A DNA stretch of 48,396 nucleotides from Bacteroidales bacterium (lineage in GTDB: Bacteria; Bacteroidota; Bacteroidia; Bacteroidales; VadinHA17), in contig JAVEZD010000003.1 of assembly GCA_034003165.1 (NCBI GenBank), forward strand, positions 1 to 48,396. Direction: 5' to 3'. Shown piece by piece: positions 25,169-33,820 of this stretch. The stretch's first letter is position 1, and each line of letters starts with the position of its first letter. The translations under genes were made by a program, and so were the position numbers. A model generated the notes under the pieces. It was not told the DNA's origin, made no database searches, and was given only the letters and a program-made list of their open reading frames with translations.

Positions 25169-26515
25169 TTACTTTCTGAGCCGGCTCCTTATCTTTTCGG
25201 CAGCATCCTCGAATCCGGGTTTGTTGAGAAGGGCAAACATGTTTTTCTTGTAGGCTTCCACACCCGGCTGATCGAAGGGATTGACATCGAGAATATAGCC
25301 GCTTACAGCACATGCAATCTCGAAGAAATATATAAGCTGCCCGATATAAAAAGCATCAAGACGGGGCACGTTAACAGATATTACGGGGACGCCTCCGTCA
25401 TTATGGGCCAGGGTGGTTCCGGTTTCAGCCTGATGGTTTATCTCCGACAGGCGTTTCCCGGCAATATAATTAAGCTGGTCGGAGTCATCGTCCTCATAGG
25501 GGATTACAACTTTTTTTGAGCTTTCCTTTATTGAGATCATGGTTTCAAAAAGGGTTCTCCGGCCTTCCTGGATGTATTGACCCAGTGAATGAAGGTCAGT
25601 GGTAAAGTCAACCGCTGCAGGGAAGATACCTTTTCCGTCTTTTCCTTCACTTTCGCCAAAGAGCTGTTTCCACCATTCTGAAAGGTAGTGGATTCCGGGA
25701 GTGAAGCCAACCATTATTTCTGTTGTCCGGCCGGACTGAAGAAGAAGGTTTCTGGCGGCGGCATACAATAGTGCAGGATTTGTTGAAGCATTAAGGTTTG
25801 CCCGTGTTATCTGTTCCATTGAACGGGCTCCTTCAACAAGCAATCTGATATCATGGCCGGCGACGGCAATAGGCAGAAGGCCTGCAGGAGTAAGTACTGA
25901 ATATCTGCCTCCTATGTCATCAGGGATAACGAAGGTCTCATAGCCATTTTTATCGGCAAGGTTAAGAAGAGCTCCTTGTGCCTTGTCGGTAATAGCAATT
26001 ATCCGTTTGGATGCAGCCTCTTTGCCGATTTTCCTCACGAGATGTTCCTTGAGTATCCTGAAGGCAATAGCAGGTTCAGTGGTGGTCCCCGATTTTGATA
26101 TAACTATAATGGAATAGTTTCTGTTATCGAGTATCTCAATAAGGTCGGCAAGATATTCTTCACATATGTTGTGGCCTGCATATAGTATGTCGTGGTGCTT
26201 TGTCTGAAGCATACTGACGAAGGTGTGGGACAGTGCATCATTTACCGCTCTGGATCCGAGGTATGAACCTCCGATTCCTATTACTACGGTTGTGTCAGAT
26301 ATCGAAGTCAGAAAGGCAGCTGTTTTTTCAATCTTTTCAAGCTGGGGCACAATATCACCCGGTAATGAAAGCCATCCCAGGAAATCGCTTCCTGCTCCGC
26401 TACCTTCATTAAGTGTTTCCAGATGTCTCGAAGCCTTCTGGGCCAGGGCCATTATTTCTTCCGGTTCAACAAAGGATTCTGTGTTTCCGAGGTAAACGCT
26501 TATGTTCTCTTTCAT
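25169..26515 (-). CDS. pgi: Glucose-6-phosphate isomerase
   Basis: 448 aa. Motifs seen: VVIGIGGSYLGSRA, DIGGRYSVLT and LFGESEGKDGKGIFP, characteristic of the short bacterial PGI type. Confidence 0.93.
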   Translation of the reverse strand: MKENISVYLGNTESFVEPEEIMALAQKASRHLETLNEGSGAGSDFLGWLSLPGDIVPQLEKIEKTAAFLTSISDTTVVIGIGGSYLGSRAVNDALSHTFVSMLQTKHHDILYAGHNICEEYLADLIEILDNRNYSIIVISKSGTTTEPAIAFRILKEHLVRKIGKEAASKRIIAITDKAQGALLNLADKNGYETFVIPDDIGGRYSVLTPAGLLPIAVAGHDIRLLVEGARSMEQITRANLNASTNPALLYAAARNLLLQSGRTTEIMVGFTPGIHYLSEWWKQLFGESEGKDGKGIFPAAVDFTTDLHSLGQYIQEGRRTLFETMISIKESSKKVVIPYEDDDSDQLNYIAGKRLSEINHQAETGTTLAHNDGGVPVISVNVPRLDAFYIGQLIYFFEIACAVSGYILDVNPFDQPGVEAYKKNMFALLNKPGFEDAAEKIRSRLRK

Positions 26516-26546
26516 GGCATTAATAATATTTATGCGATCCTTAAGG

Positions 26547-26554
26547 CAAAGGTA
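26547..26554 (-). promoter_or_regulatory. Bacteroidota -7 box TACCTTTG (minus strand) for pgi
   Basis: Exact TAnnTTTG match 32 nt upstream of the pgi ATG (26515), immediately after the upstream terminator. Confidence 0.5.
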
Positions 26555-26586
26555 AAAAAAAAGCCGTCGGGACTGATCCTGACGGC
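26554..26586 (-). terminator. Rho-independent terminator of the DUF2807-like gene
   Basis: On the minus strand, GCCGTCAGGA/TCCCGACGGC forms a stem (10 bp, one G-U) with a 4-nt loop, followed by a 9-T run (plus-strand A-run 26554-26562). Confidence 0.8.
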
Positions 26587-26622
26587 CTTCAAGTTGGGAT
26601 AAAATATATAGAACTGAAGAAA

Positions 26623-27342
26623 CTATCTCCTGTGGATTCCCCCTGCGCTTGACGAATGTGTGTTGACATATTCAGGGTTTCCCCTGTAGGTTATATTTCC
26701 CGCACTGGATGCCCTTGCGGATAGTTTTTTTGTAACGTTTATGTCGGCATCGCCTGCACTTGATACTGATACATCGGCTTCTTCCACCTCGAGGTTTATA
26801 GCATTAAGGTCGCCTGCGCTGCTCAGATCAGCCTCGAGCATCCTGGCCTCGCCTGAAAGTGTTACATCTCCCGAGCTGCTTATATTGACATCAACCTCAT
26901 CGGCCTTTACATCGAGTTTTATGTCTCCGGCACTACTCACAGAGATCTTCAGCCTGTCTGACCTGATCAGCGTTTCTCCGGTGATATCTCCAGCACTGGT
27001 AGCAGCTACCGATCTTATCTCATCCATTGTAATGTATACCTTTTTCTGCTCAGCTTTTCTTATTGTGACATCAGTACGAATCTGCAAAACCCCGTCTCTC
27101 ACTTCAGTAATTATATAGTCGTGGAGGTTCTCATCAGCTTCAACTGTAACTGATTCCCGGTCACCCTGCCTCAGGTAGACATCGATGCCTGAACTGACCC
27201 TGACTCCTGTGAAATTCTTAATATCTCTCTGTTCCCTCACTACTTGTCCGTCGCCATATACAGTCCTCAGGAACTGTGCGCTGGCGCCGGATGTGATGAT
27301 CGTAAGAAGGATGGCTGTTGTAACAAGTTTTAGACTTTTCAT
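26623..27342 (-). CDS. DUF2807 / head-GIN-domain-like secreted repeat protein
   Basis: The likely start is MKSLKLVTTAILLTIITSGASAQ (a signal peptide) at 27342, not the track start at 27402. The C-terminal half has six repeats of about 22-24 aa, SS(A/S)G(D/N/G)(I/V/L)..., typical of the putative auto-transporter adhesin head GIN fold. Confidence 0.7.
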   Translation of the reverse strand: MKSLKLVTTAILLTIITSGASAQFLRTVYGDGQVVREQRDIKNFTGVRVSSGIDVYLRQGDRESVTVEADENLHDYIITEVRDGVLQIRTDVTIRKAEQKKVYITMDEIRSVAATSAGDITGETLIRSDRLKISVSSAGDIKLDVKADEVDVNISSSGDVTLSGEARMLEADLSSAGDLNAINLEVEEADVSVSSAGDADINVTKKLSARASSAGNITYRGNPEYVNTHSSSAGGIHRR

Positions 27343-27462
27343 GATTTCCTGTTTTGGTTCCTTTTTTAACAAAGACATCGGAATAATAAAAATGCTGCAC
27401 AAGGTGTCAAAAAAAACAGTATTTTATTCCATCATATAATAATTGATTTTAAGGGTATGATG

Positions 27463-27540
27463 GAACCCACATGCAGGTGATTATTATAATATTGTGTTTT
27501 TGTATTCAAATACATGTGGGTTTCATCTGAACGGATAGGG
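27463..27540. repeat. Copy 2 of the conserved ~78-nt intergenic hairpin element (copy 1 at 201-278)
   Basis: AACCCACATG (27464-27473) pairs perfectly with CATGTGGGTT (27513-27522), 10 bp, around a 39-nt AT-rich loop. A TTCATCTGA....AGGG tail follows. It has the same orientation as copy 1 and the same arms. Confidence 0.6.
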
Positions 27541-27654
27541 AATTTATTACTGACATAACCTGAACAAAAGGATGTTGACCTGAAAAGTCAACAAAAATGA
27601 TTGCTGTGAATGGGTGGTCGTTTGCTAAAAATGGTTTAACTTTAATAGAAAAAA

Positions 27655-28638
27655 ATGAACCGGATCAGTTCACTTGTTATGGTTGTGGTTCTTATGGCAG
27701 TATCTGCTTGCGGGTCGTCAGATACTCCGAAGGGACCGTTGCCGGAAGGGCAAAAAGAAAGTAAGAAGGACCTTAAAGGTCAGATCCGGATAGGCGGAGC
27801 ATATGCGCTTTATCCTCTTCTGGGAAGTCTTGCAGAAGATTTCATGCAACTCTATCCGGATGTGAAAATTGAAGTTGAAAGGACTGCTTCAGGAGAGGGA
27901 ACGAAGGGACTTATTGACGGGAGGTACCAGCTTGCTATGATTTCAAGTCCACTTACTGAAGAAGAAATCAGTGCGGGAATATGGGAGGTTCCGGTGGCCA
28001 AAGACGGGGTAGCTCCAATAATCAGTATGTCTAATCCTTATTTTGATCAGCTGGTGAGCCAGGGGATTGATCCCGGGGAGTTTCTTATGGTTTTTATTGG
28101 TGATAAGCCTGTTGTCTGGGGTGATCTGCTGGGAAACAACAGCAGCGAAAGGATAGATGTGTTTGTGAGGGAGGAAGAATCAGGCGCAGCCGATGTATGG
28201 GCTTCTTTTGTCCACCATAATGTCAGTGAACTCAAAGGAACCAGGGTGACCGGTGATGATGATATGATAAAGAGTGTGGGTGAGAATCCCCTTGCCCTGG
28301 GATACTGCAATCTGTCCTATGCCTTTGACCGTAATACAGGAGAAAGGACTGGTAATATTCAGATCATTCCTGTCGATCTCGATTATGACAACAATATTGA
28401 GAGGACAGAATTGCCTTTCAGAAATCTGGAAGAAGCGCACCGCAGCCTTTGGCTGGGTTTCTATCCCGATGTGCTCTGCCGCGAGCTTACTCTCGGCTCA
28501 ATGGGTAAGCCTTCTGAAGAGGTCGTTATAGAATTCATTAGATATGTCCTGACTGAAGGTCAGGATGCTGTGAAGGAGACTGGATACTGCGGGCTTAATA
28601 ACGTATATATTCAGAACTCGCTCGACAGATTGAATTAG
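27655..28638 (+). CDS. PstS-family phosphate-binding lipoprotein (orphan: no pstCAB nearby)
   Basis: 327 aa. It has a lipoprotein signal (VLMAVSACGSS) and the periplasmic-binding fold signature IRIGGAYALYPL...VERTASGEGTKGLIDG...AMISSPLTEEE, as in PstS/PBP-like-2 proteins. Confidence 0.7.
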   Translation: MNRISSLVMVVVLMAVSACGSSDTPKGPLPEGQKESKKDLKGQIRIGGAYALYPLLGSLAEDFMQLYPDVKIEVERTASGEGTKGLIDGRYQLAMISSPLTEEEISAGIWEVPVAKDGVAPIISMSNPYFDQLVSQGIDPGEFLMVFIGDKPVVWGDLLGNNSSERIDVFVREEESGAADVWASFVHHNVSELKGTRVTGDDDMIKSVGENPLALGYCNLSYAFDRNTGERTGNIQIIPVDLDYDNNIERTELPFRNLEEAHRSLWLGFYPDVLCRELTLGSMGKPSEEVVIEFIRYVLTEGQDAVKETGYCGLNNVYIQNSLDRLN

Positions 28639-28647
28639 GCTGATTTA

Positions 28648-30333
28648 TCAATAAGTGTCCCTGTTCAGGTAATAGACGATACGTTCGCCGTTTCTGAAGG
28701 CTACAACAAAAGCCTGGTTGTAACCAAGTTTTCTCATTACGTTCTGGAGGGTCCTTGCTTCAGCAAGGGTGTTGAATTCTCCTACTGTGGTCCTGTAAGC
28801 TCCCCCGTAGAAATATCCGAAAGTATTATATCTGTTGCCTTCGATGGTTACCTCAATGCTCTCCTTTGGCGTCATGCTGGCTGAGAACTGCACTCTGTAA
28901 ACGACTCCTTCAATTATTTCACTGCTGCTTGACAGGTAAATGGCATTTTCTTCAGTATCGCGGGCTTCAGCAGATGGTTCTGCCGGCTGAACTGTCCTTC
29001 CTGAAGAAGGTGTTCCAGTGACCCTGGCCGTAGTGTTTCTTTCGGGTTCGGGAGGTAGCTTTACCTCGGCAAGAGGCAGGTGTGCAAGGGGCTGGTCAGC
29101 CTCATCAACTTCCTTTTCATCCTCCATTGCTTCTTCTTCCTTAACTACACTTATCGCATCGGCTTCAATAATCTCAGTGGGGGCTGACACTTCAGCGGCT
29201 AATATCTGATCAAGTGGTTGTTCAACAACCTGAACAGGCTCTGGATAAACGACTGGCTGCCTGAGTGAATAAGCAATCTTTTTTTCTCCCGGGCTCTCAT
29301 CCTTAATAATCATTTCTGTAATAAGGCCTGCCAGATCCTGTTTCCCTATGACCTGGGCAGAGGCGTCAGGCCACATCTTCATCAGGTGAATGCCATTGGT
29401 TCCTGTAATGTCCCTTACTGTAAAAAAGGCAGTCTCCTGTCCGATGTTATCAATTCTGAAAGCCAGGTCGTCATCAGCGGTGTTTACCATGGGGGTAAGG
29501 TTAACGGCTTCAAACCAGTCAGTTCCGTCCAGTACTGCAACATAGATATCATAGCCTCCGGAACCTCCGGTTTTGTCAGAGGAGAAATATAGATTGTTCC
29601 TGGCGTCAAGGAATGGATACATCTCATTCCCGTACGAGTTGATCCCTGCGCCCAGGTTTCTTGGTTCTGACCATGCGTCACCCTCCATGAATGAGATGAA
29701 GAGGTCGAGCCCTCCATTGGTTCCTGACATGTCGGAGGAGAATACCATAAACGAACCATCAGATGACAGGGCCGGATGAGTGTATATATTTCCGTCATTA
29801 CAGAAGTTGAGAGGTTTTCCGCGACCTGTCCATTCAATCTGACCCGAAGCCGTCAGTCTCACGGCCGCCTCATAAATTTTTTCGGGTTTTCGGCGCGAAG
29901 CCTTTGCCGTGTAATATAGCCTGGTAAAGTTGTTGTTTATGGCAACGGCATCGCTTGGGTAAGGAAATTCACGGGCGGGAGAGAAAATATTTATTCCTGC
30001 AAGTGCAATCTCTCCCGGCAAGGCAGTGTAGGCCTGGATCTTCCCAAAGGAAACATGAGGGCTTATCATTTTCTCTTCCATCCTTGAATCGGCAAGGAAA
30101 AGTATTCTGTTACCTATGAACTGAATGCCTGTGGAAGGGGGAATTATCCCAACACCGGCCGTATCTATCCTTATGAGCTTTTGAACTCCCGGTTCCTGCG
30201 ATCCGGATTCAGCTACTGATATGAATGATAATGGAGATGACAGCTTGCCGGTACCTGAGGCACTGCCGGCTGTAAGAGCCATAAGCAGCAAACAGAAGAG
30301 TTTTCTTTTTATATTTGGTAATAGCATCACCAT
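28648..30333 (-). CDS. Secreted PD40 (TolB-like) beta-propeller protein with an acidic/Pro-rich linker and a C-terminal SPOR domain
   Basis: 561 aa. Signal peptide: LFCLLLMALTAGSASG. PD40-type repeats: PALSSDGSFMVFSSDMSGTNGGLDLFIS...WSEPRNLGAGINSYGNEMYPFLDARNNLYFSSDKTGGSGGYDIYVA. A low-complexity E/P/A-rich linker follows. The C-terminus YRVQFSAS...GGAYRTTVGEFNTLAEARTLQNVMRKLGYNQAFVVAFRNGERI matches the Bacteroidota SPOR pattern. Confidence 0.7.
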   Translation of the reverse strand: MVMLLPNIKRKLFCLLLMALTAGSASGTGKLSSPLSFISVAESGSQEPGVQKLIRIDTAGVGIIPPSTGIQFIGNRILFLADSRMEEKMISPHVSFGKIQAYTALPGEIALAGINIFSPAREFPYPSDAVAINNNFTRLYYTAKASRRKPEKIYEAAVRLTASGQIEWTGRGKPLNFCNDGNIYTHPALSSDGSFMVFSSDMSGTNGGLDLFISFMEGDAWSEPRNLGAGINSYGNEMYPFLDARNNLYFSSDKTGGSGGYDIYVAVLDGTDWFEAVNLTPMVNTADDDLAFRIDNIGQETAFFTVRDITGTNGIHLMKMWPDASAQVIGKQDLAGLITEMIIKDESPGEKKIAYSLRQPVVYPEPVQVVEQPLDQILAAEVSAPTEIIEADAISVVKEEEAMEDEKEVDEADQPLAHLPLAEVKLPPEPERNTTARVTGTPSSGRTVQPAEPSAEARDTEENAIYLSSSSEIIEGVVYRVQFSASMTPKESIEVTIEGNRYNTFGYFYGGAYRTTVGEFNTLAEARTLQNVMRKLGYNQAFVVAFRNGERIVYYLNRDTY

Positions 30334-31283
30334 CGGCTGCGTTCTGAATAACCTGATTTATTTCCCCAGAGGTTTATGCCTGCTGCAACTTCGACAGTCA
30401 GGGTTTTTCTGTAGAATGAAGTGTGTCGCGGGAATTCAAAATATGTTCCTGCATAAAACCTGGGATATCTGAACTGGAAGAAGAATGACAGATTATCAAA
30501 GTCATTTAAATATGTACCCAGAAGGAAATCCCCGGCATATATCTTAAGGGCAGGCTTTATCCATTTTTTAAGATCGCGTTGCATGGTATCGCCCGATATG
30601 AGAAGGATTGAAGGTTCAACTACAAGGTTCATGCTCCTGCTTACAATGAATTTATAGCCGGCATTAAAATAAAAATGCCTCGACCATGGAGCCCTGTAGG
30701 AGGGAATCGAATCTTTTTCAGGCGGAGCACTGAAGATATTTGTCACTGAAAAACCGGCATAGAGCCTGGGTGAATAGTAATAGATGCCTGCATCGGCACC
30801 GGGATCTGAGAACCTGGCAGCTTCAAAGCCAAGACTGGTATCGCCGTCGAAACTATGGCGGTAGGCTTTCGCAGAGGCACCTACTGAAAGGAAGGACAGA
30901 TTCCTGCTGTTAAGGGGTATATGGTAGGAAAAAGCAGCAGAAGCTCCGGAGGAGGCAGCCAGGCTCATGTTTTCACTGAATACTGAGATTCCGGTTCCTA
31001 TTCTTGTAAATTCTTTAAGTCCCGTTGATGACACAAAGCTTTCCTGTTTCTTCATAAGCCTTGTGTTGGCACTTATTATTGCCGCATAGTCTTTTCCGTG
31101 AAACGAGGTTATCATATCGGCCGAAAGGAAGTCTTTGCTTCCGGCAATTGCGGGGTTGAAGACGAAGGGGGTGAAAAGCCTGAATGAAACAGGAGAAAGC
31201 GGAGTCTCCTGAGAAAAGGACCCCAGGCAAAGCTGAAGCAACAGGAAGATCAGAAAAACCCTTTTTAAAAGCGGCATAAGCAT
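30327..31283 (-). CDS. PorP/SprF-family type IX secretion-associated outer-membrane beta-barrel
   Basis: 318 aa. It has a signal peptide followed by SQE...FRLFTPFVFNPAIAGS, which matches the family's N-terminal Q..F.NP...NPA.AG motif. Alternating beta-strand pattern throughout. Its stop overlaps the downstream ATG (ATGGTGA at 30333-30327). Confidence 0.7.
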   Translation of the reverse strand: MLMPLLKRVFLIFLLLQLCLGSFSQETPLSPVSFRLFTPFVFNPAIAGSKDFLSADMITSFHGKDYAAIISANTRLMKKQESFVSSTGLKEFTRIGTGISVFSENMSLAASSGASAAFSYHIPLNSRNLSFLSVGASAKAYRHSFDGDTSLGFEAARFSDPGADAGIYYYSPRLYAGFSVTNIFSAPPEKDSIPSYRAPWSRHFYFNAGYKFIVSRSMNLVVEPSILLISGDTMQRDLKKWIKPALKIYAGDFLLGTYLNDFDNLSFFFQFRYPRFYAGTYFEFPRHTSFYRKTLTVEVAAGINLWGNKSGYSERSRW

Positions 31284-31355
31284 CAGTTAAATAAACTTGT
31301 CATTTAATTTTCAAACGGAGCCTGTATGTATAAAATTTCGTTAATACAGCAATTT

Positions 31356-31383
31356 ACGATAAATACATGAAAATATTTATCGT
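31356..31383 (-). terminator. AT-rich hairpin just downstream of lysS (possible terminator, no U-tract)
   Basis: ACGATAAATA (31356-31365) and TATTTATCGT (31374-31383) form a perfect 10-bp stem with an 8-nt loop. It begins 9 nt after the lysS stop. Confidence 0.3.
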
Positions 31384-31391
31384 TAAGTCCT

Positions 31392-33113
31392 TTATTTCAG
31401 CCAATCTGATACTTCATCAGGAGAGGGATTCTTAAGTCCGAGTTTATTTTTCTTGTTATAGCCGCACAGGTCATTAAAAAGTTTTCCCGGTTTTGCTTCC
31501 CTCAGGGAGGCCAGGGTTGGGAAGCCAAGTTTTTTTACCACCTCAATCCATTCTTCGGGTATTCCGGCTTCCCTGAATTTGCCAGGAGCGTCACCCGACT
31601 CTCTTTTTTCGGGTTTCATCTGAGGGAAGAGAAGGACATCCTGAATCGAAGGCTGGTTTGTAAGCAACATCGTGAGCCTGTCGATTCCGATTCCCATCCC
31701 TGAAGTAGGAGGCATTCCGTATTCAAGGGCTCTTACAAAGTCGTGATCTATAAACATAGCTTCATCATCCCCCTTTTCAGATAGCCTGAGCTGATCCTGG
31801 AACCTTTCCATCTGATCAACCGGATCGTTGAGTTCAGAATATGCATTTGCAATCTCTTTCCCGTTGATCATAAGTTCAAAACGTTCAGTGAGCCCGGCTT
31901 TGCTTCTGTGCATCTTGGTGAGGGGGGATGTCTCTGTTGGATAGTCTGTTATGAAGGTCGGCTGAATATATGTATGCTCGCATTTCTCTCCAAAGAGGGC
32001 ATCAATAAGTTTTCCTTTGCCCATTTCGGGTGAGTGTTCCACGCCCAGACTGTCACATACCTTTCTCAACTCATTCTCATCCATACCCGAGATATCGATT
32101 CCTGTATTTTCCATTATGGCATCAGTCATGCTTATCCTTTTGTAGGGAGGTTCAAGGCTGATTGTTTTGTCACCGTAGACTATCTCTGTCTTTCCATGCA
32201 GGTCGATTGCAGCCTTACGTATCAGTTCCTCAGTGAAGCCCATCATCCAGTTGTAGTCTTTGTACGAAACATAAATCTCAAGTACTGTGAACTCCGGGTT
32301 ATGGGTACGATCCATGCCTTCGTTGCGGAAATCTTTTGCAAATTCATAAACTCCTTCAAAGCCTCCCACAATAAGCCTCTTAAGGTATAGTTCGTTTGCT
32401 ATCCTCAGATAGAGGGGCATGTCGAGGGTGTTATGATGAGTAATGAATGGCCTTGCTGCTGCACCTCCCGGAATGGGTTGAAGTATGGGAGTCTCAACTT
32501 CGAGATAGCCTCTCGAATTGAATAGCTCGCGCATCGATTGTATTATCCTGGTTCTTTTTCTGAATACATCACGTACCTGTGGATTGACTATAAGATCGAC
32601 ATATCTCTGCCTGTATCTCATCTCAGGGTCAGTGACAGCATCATAAAGAACTCCGTCTTTTTCCTTTACAACAGGAAGAGGCCGGATAGACTTGCTCAGC
32701 ACTGTAAATTCGCGTACATGAACCGTTATCTCTCCCATCTGGGTCCTGAATACATGTCCCCTGACTCCTATTATGTCGCCGATGTCGAGAAGTCTTTTGA
32801 AGACGGTGTTGTACATAGTCTTGTCCTCATCAGGGCATATGTCATCACGACGCACATATATCTGGATCCTACCTGAAGAGTCCATCAGTTCAGCAAATGA
32901 TGCATTGCCCATAATCCGCCTGCTCATTATCCGGCCAGCAAGGCAGACATCATTGTACTTGTCGTCGCCGGAACCGAAGTTATCAAGGATCTCCTGTGAC
33001 AAAATATTAACGGGATATTCAGCTGCAGGATAGGGATCTATGCCCAGTTTCCTCAATTCATCCACAGATTCTCTCCTGATCTGTTCCTGTTCACTTAGAA
33101 TATGGTTACTCAT
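31392..33113 (-). CDS. lysS: Lysine--tRNA ligase (class II) with a C-terminal extension of ~70 aa
   Basis: 573 aa. It has an OB-fold anticodon-binding domain and class II motifs ([23 protein letters not shown]). About 71 residues follow the usual C-terminus (..LFPQMKPE). Confidence 0.95.
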   Translation of the reverse strand: MSNHILSEQEQIRRESVDELRKLGIDPYPAAEYPVNILSQEILDNFGSGDDKYNDVCLAGRIMSRRIMGNASFAELMDSSGRIQIYVRRDDICPDEDKTMYNTVFKRLLDIGDIIGVRGHVFRTQMGEITVHVREFTVLSKSIRPLPVVKEKDGVLYDAVTDPEMRYRQRYVDLIVNPQVRDVFRKRTRIIQSMRELFNSRGYLEVETPILQPIPGGAAARPFITHHNTLDMPLYLRIANELYLKRLIVGGFEGVYEFAKDFRNEGMDRTHNPEFTVLEIYVSYKDYNWMMGFTEELIRKAAIDLHGKTEIVYGDKTISLEPPYKRISMTDAIMENTGIDISGMDENELRKVCDSLGVEHSPEMGKGKLIDALFGEKCEHTYIQPTFITDYPTETSPLTKMHRSKAGLTERFELMINGKEIANAYSELNDPVDQMERFQDQLRLSEKGDDEAMFIDHDFVRALEYGMPPTSGMGIGIDRLTMLLTNQPSIQDVLLFPQMKPEKRESGDAPGKFREAGIPEEWIEVVKKLGFPTLASLREAKPGKLFNDLCGYNKKNKLGLKNPSPDEVSDWLK

Positions 33114-33133
33114 ACTGCTTGAAAAAATTTGTG

Positions 33134-33141
33134 CAAAGATA
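33134..33141 (-). promoter_or_regulatory. Bacteroidota -7 box TATCTTTG (minus strand) for lysS
   Basis: Exact TAnnTTTG match about 21 nt upstream of the lysS ATG (33113). Confidence 0.5.
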
Positions 33142-33222
33142 TGTAAAATAGCTGCTTCTGCAAGAACGCAGATTTGCTCTCAGGGAAGGATTATATTAAT
33201 CCTGGGTTAACGGATGCTCTGA

Positions 33223-33669
33223 CTAATTGCCTGACAGGAACGAGAGCGAGGATCCGGCTAATGCCAGAGCAAAAAGGTAGGTTGAGATAATTAGCAGAGC
33301 CGTTATTCCAACGGAGGCGAAGAACAACCTAAGGTCCCTGAAGGCTTTTGTTAGTTCCCCGGGCCTGACATTCTGAATATAGTTTCGGGTACGTCGTGAA
33401 AAACGGAAAAGGAACAATACTGATAAAAAGCCTGAAAGAACTACTGTTGCCGAAGCTGCCAGCAGAATTAGTTCAGGCAGGCCAAAAGGTGACTCCTCAG
33501 GCTTGAAGAGTGTAAGAAAGGTTGTTGTAAGAAGGCTCATTAGTACCAGAGAACCAAGTATTATAAAACCAAGGACCGAAAGGAACATAGTCCATTTCCA
33601 TGTGGCTTTCAGGTTTCTTATTATACCGTCAGGTATCCCTGTTCCTGTTTCTTCCGAAAGAGTCTCCAT
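33223..33669 (-). CDS. Hypothetical small membrane protein (3-4 TM helices)
   Basis: 148 aa. It has a short polar N-terminus followed by hydrophobic helices (WTMFLSVLGFIILGSLVLMSLL, LILLAASATVVLSGFLSVLFLF, ITALLIISTYLFALALAG). No family is assigned with confidence. Confidence 0.5.
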   Translation of the reverse strand: METLSEETGTGIPDGIIRNLKATWKWTMFLSVLGFIILGSLVLMSLLTTTFLTLFKPEESPFGLPELILLAASATVVLSGFLSVLFLFRFSRRTRNYIQNVRPGELTKAFRDLRLFFASVGITALLIISTYLFALALAGSSLSFLSGN

Positions 33670-33690
33670 TGCGTTTCTGAAAAGACCTGA

Positions 33691-33705
33691 TTCAGCCCGG
33701 CTGAA
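33691..33705. promoter_or_regulatory. Palindrome TTCAGCC-C-GGCTGAA plus further TTCAG repeats just upstream of the small membrane-protein gene
   Basis: 7-bp arms with a 1-nt centre, too tight for an RNA hairpin, so it is more like a dimeric protein site. TTCAGCCCG recurs at 33714-33722 and TTCAG at 33724-33728. Confidence 0.25.
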
Positions 33706-33820
33706 CTTTTCATTTCAGCCCGTTTCAGGTTCCGCAACAAATATAATGAATAAATTTCCTCACCACTATCAGCAACCCTTAAGTCATATCATCATTTTTT
33801 TAAGTTAAACAGGCTGCTTC

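Noticed and set aside
26741-27118. 125-aa Ser/Leu/Ala-rich ORF antisense to the DUF2807-like gene
   Set aside because: Its repetitiveness merely mirrors the SSAGD repeats of the real gene on the minus strand.
33188-33202. Small hairpin AGGATTA-TAT-TAATCCT downstream of the membrane-protein gene
   Set aside because: A 7-bp AT-rich stem with a 3-nt loop and no U-tract in either orientation. Too weak to call a terminator or regulatory element.
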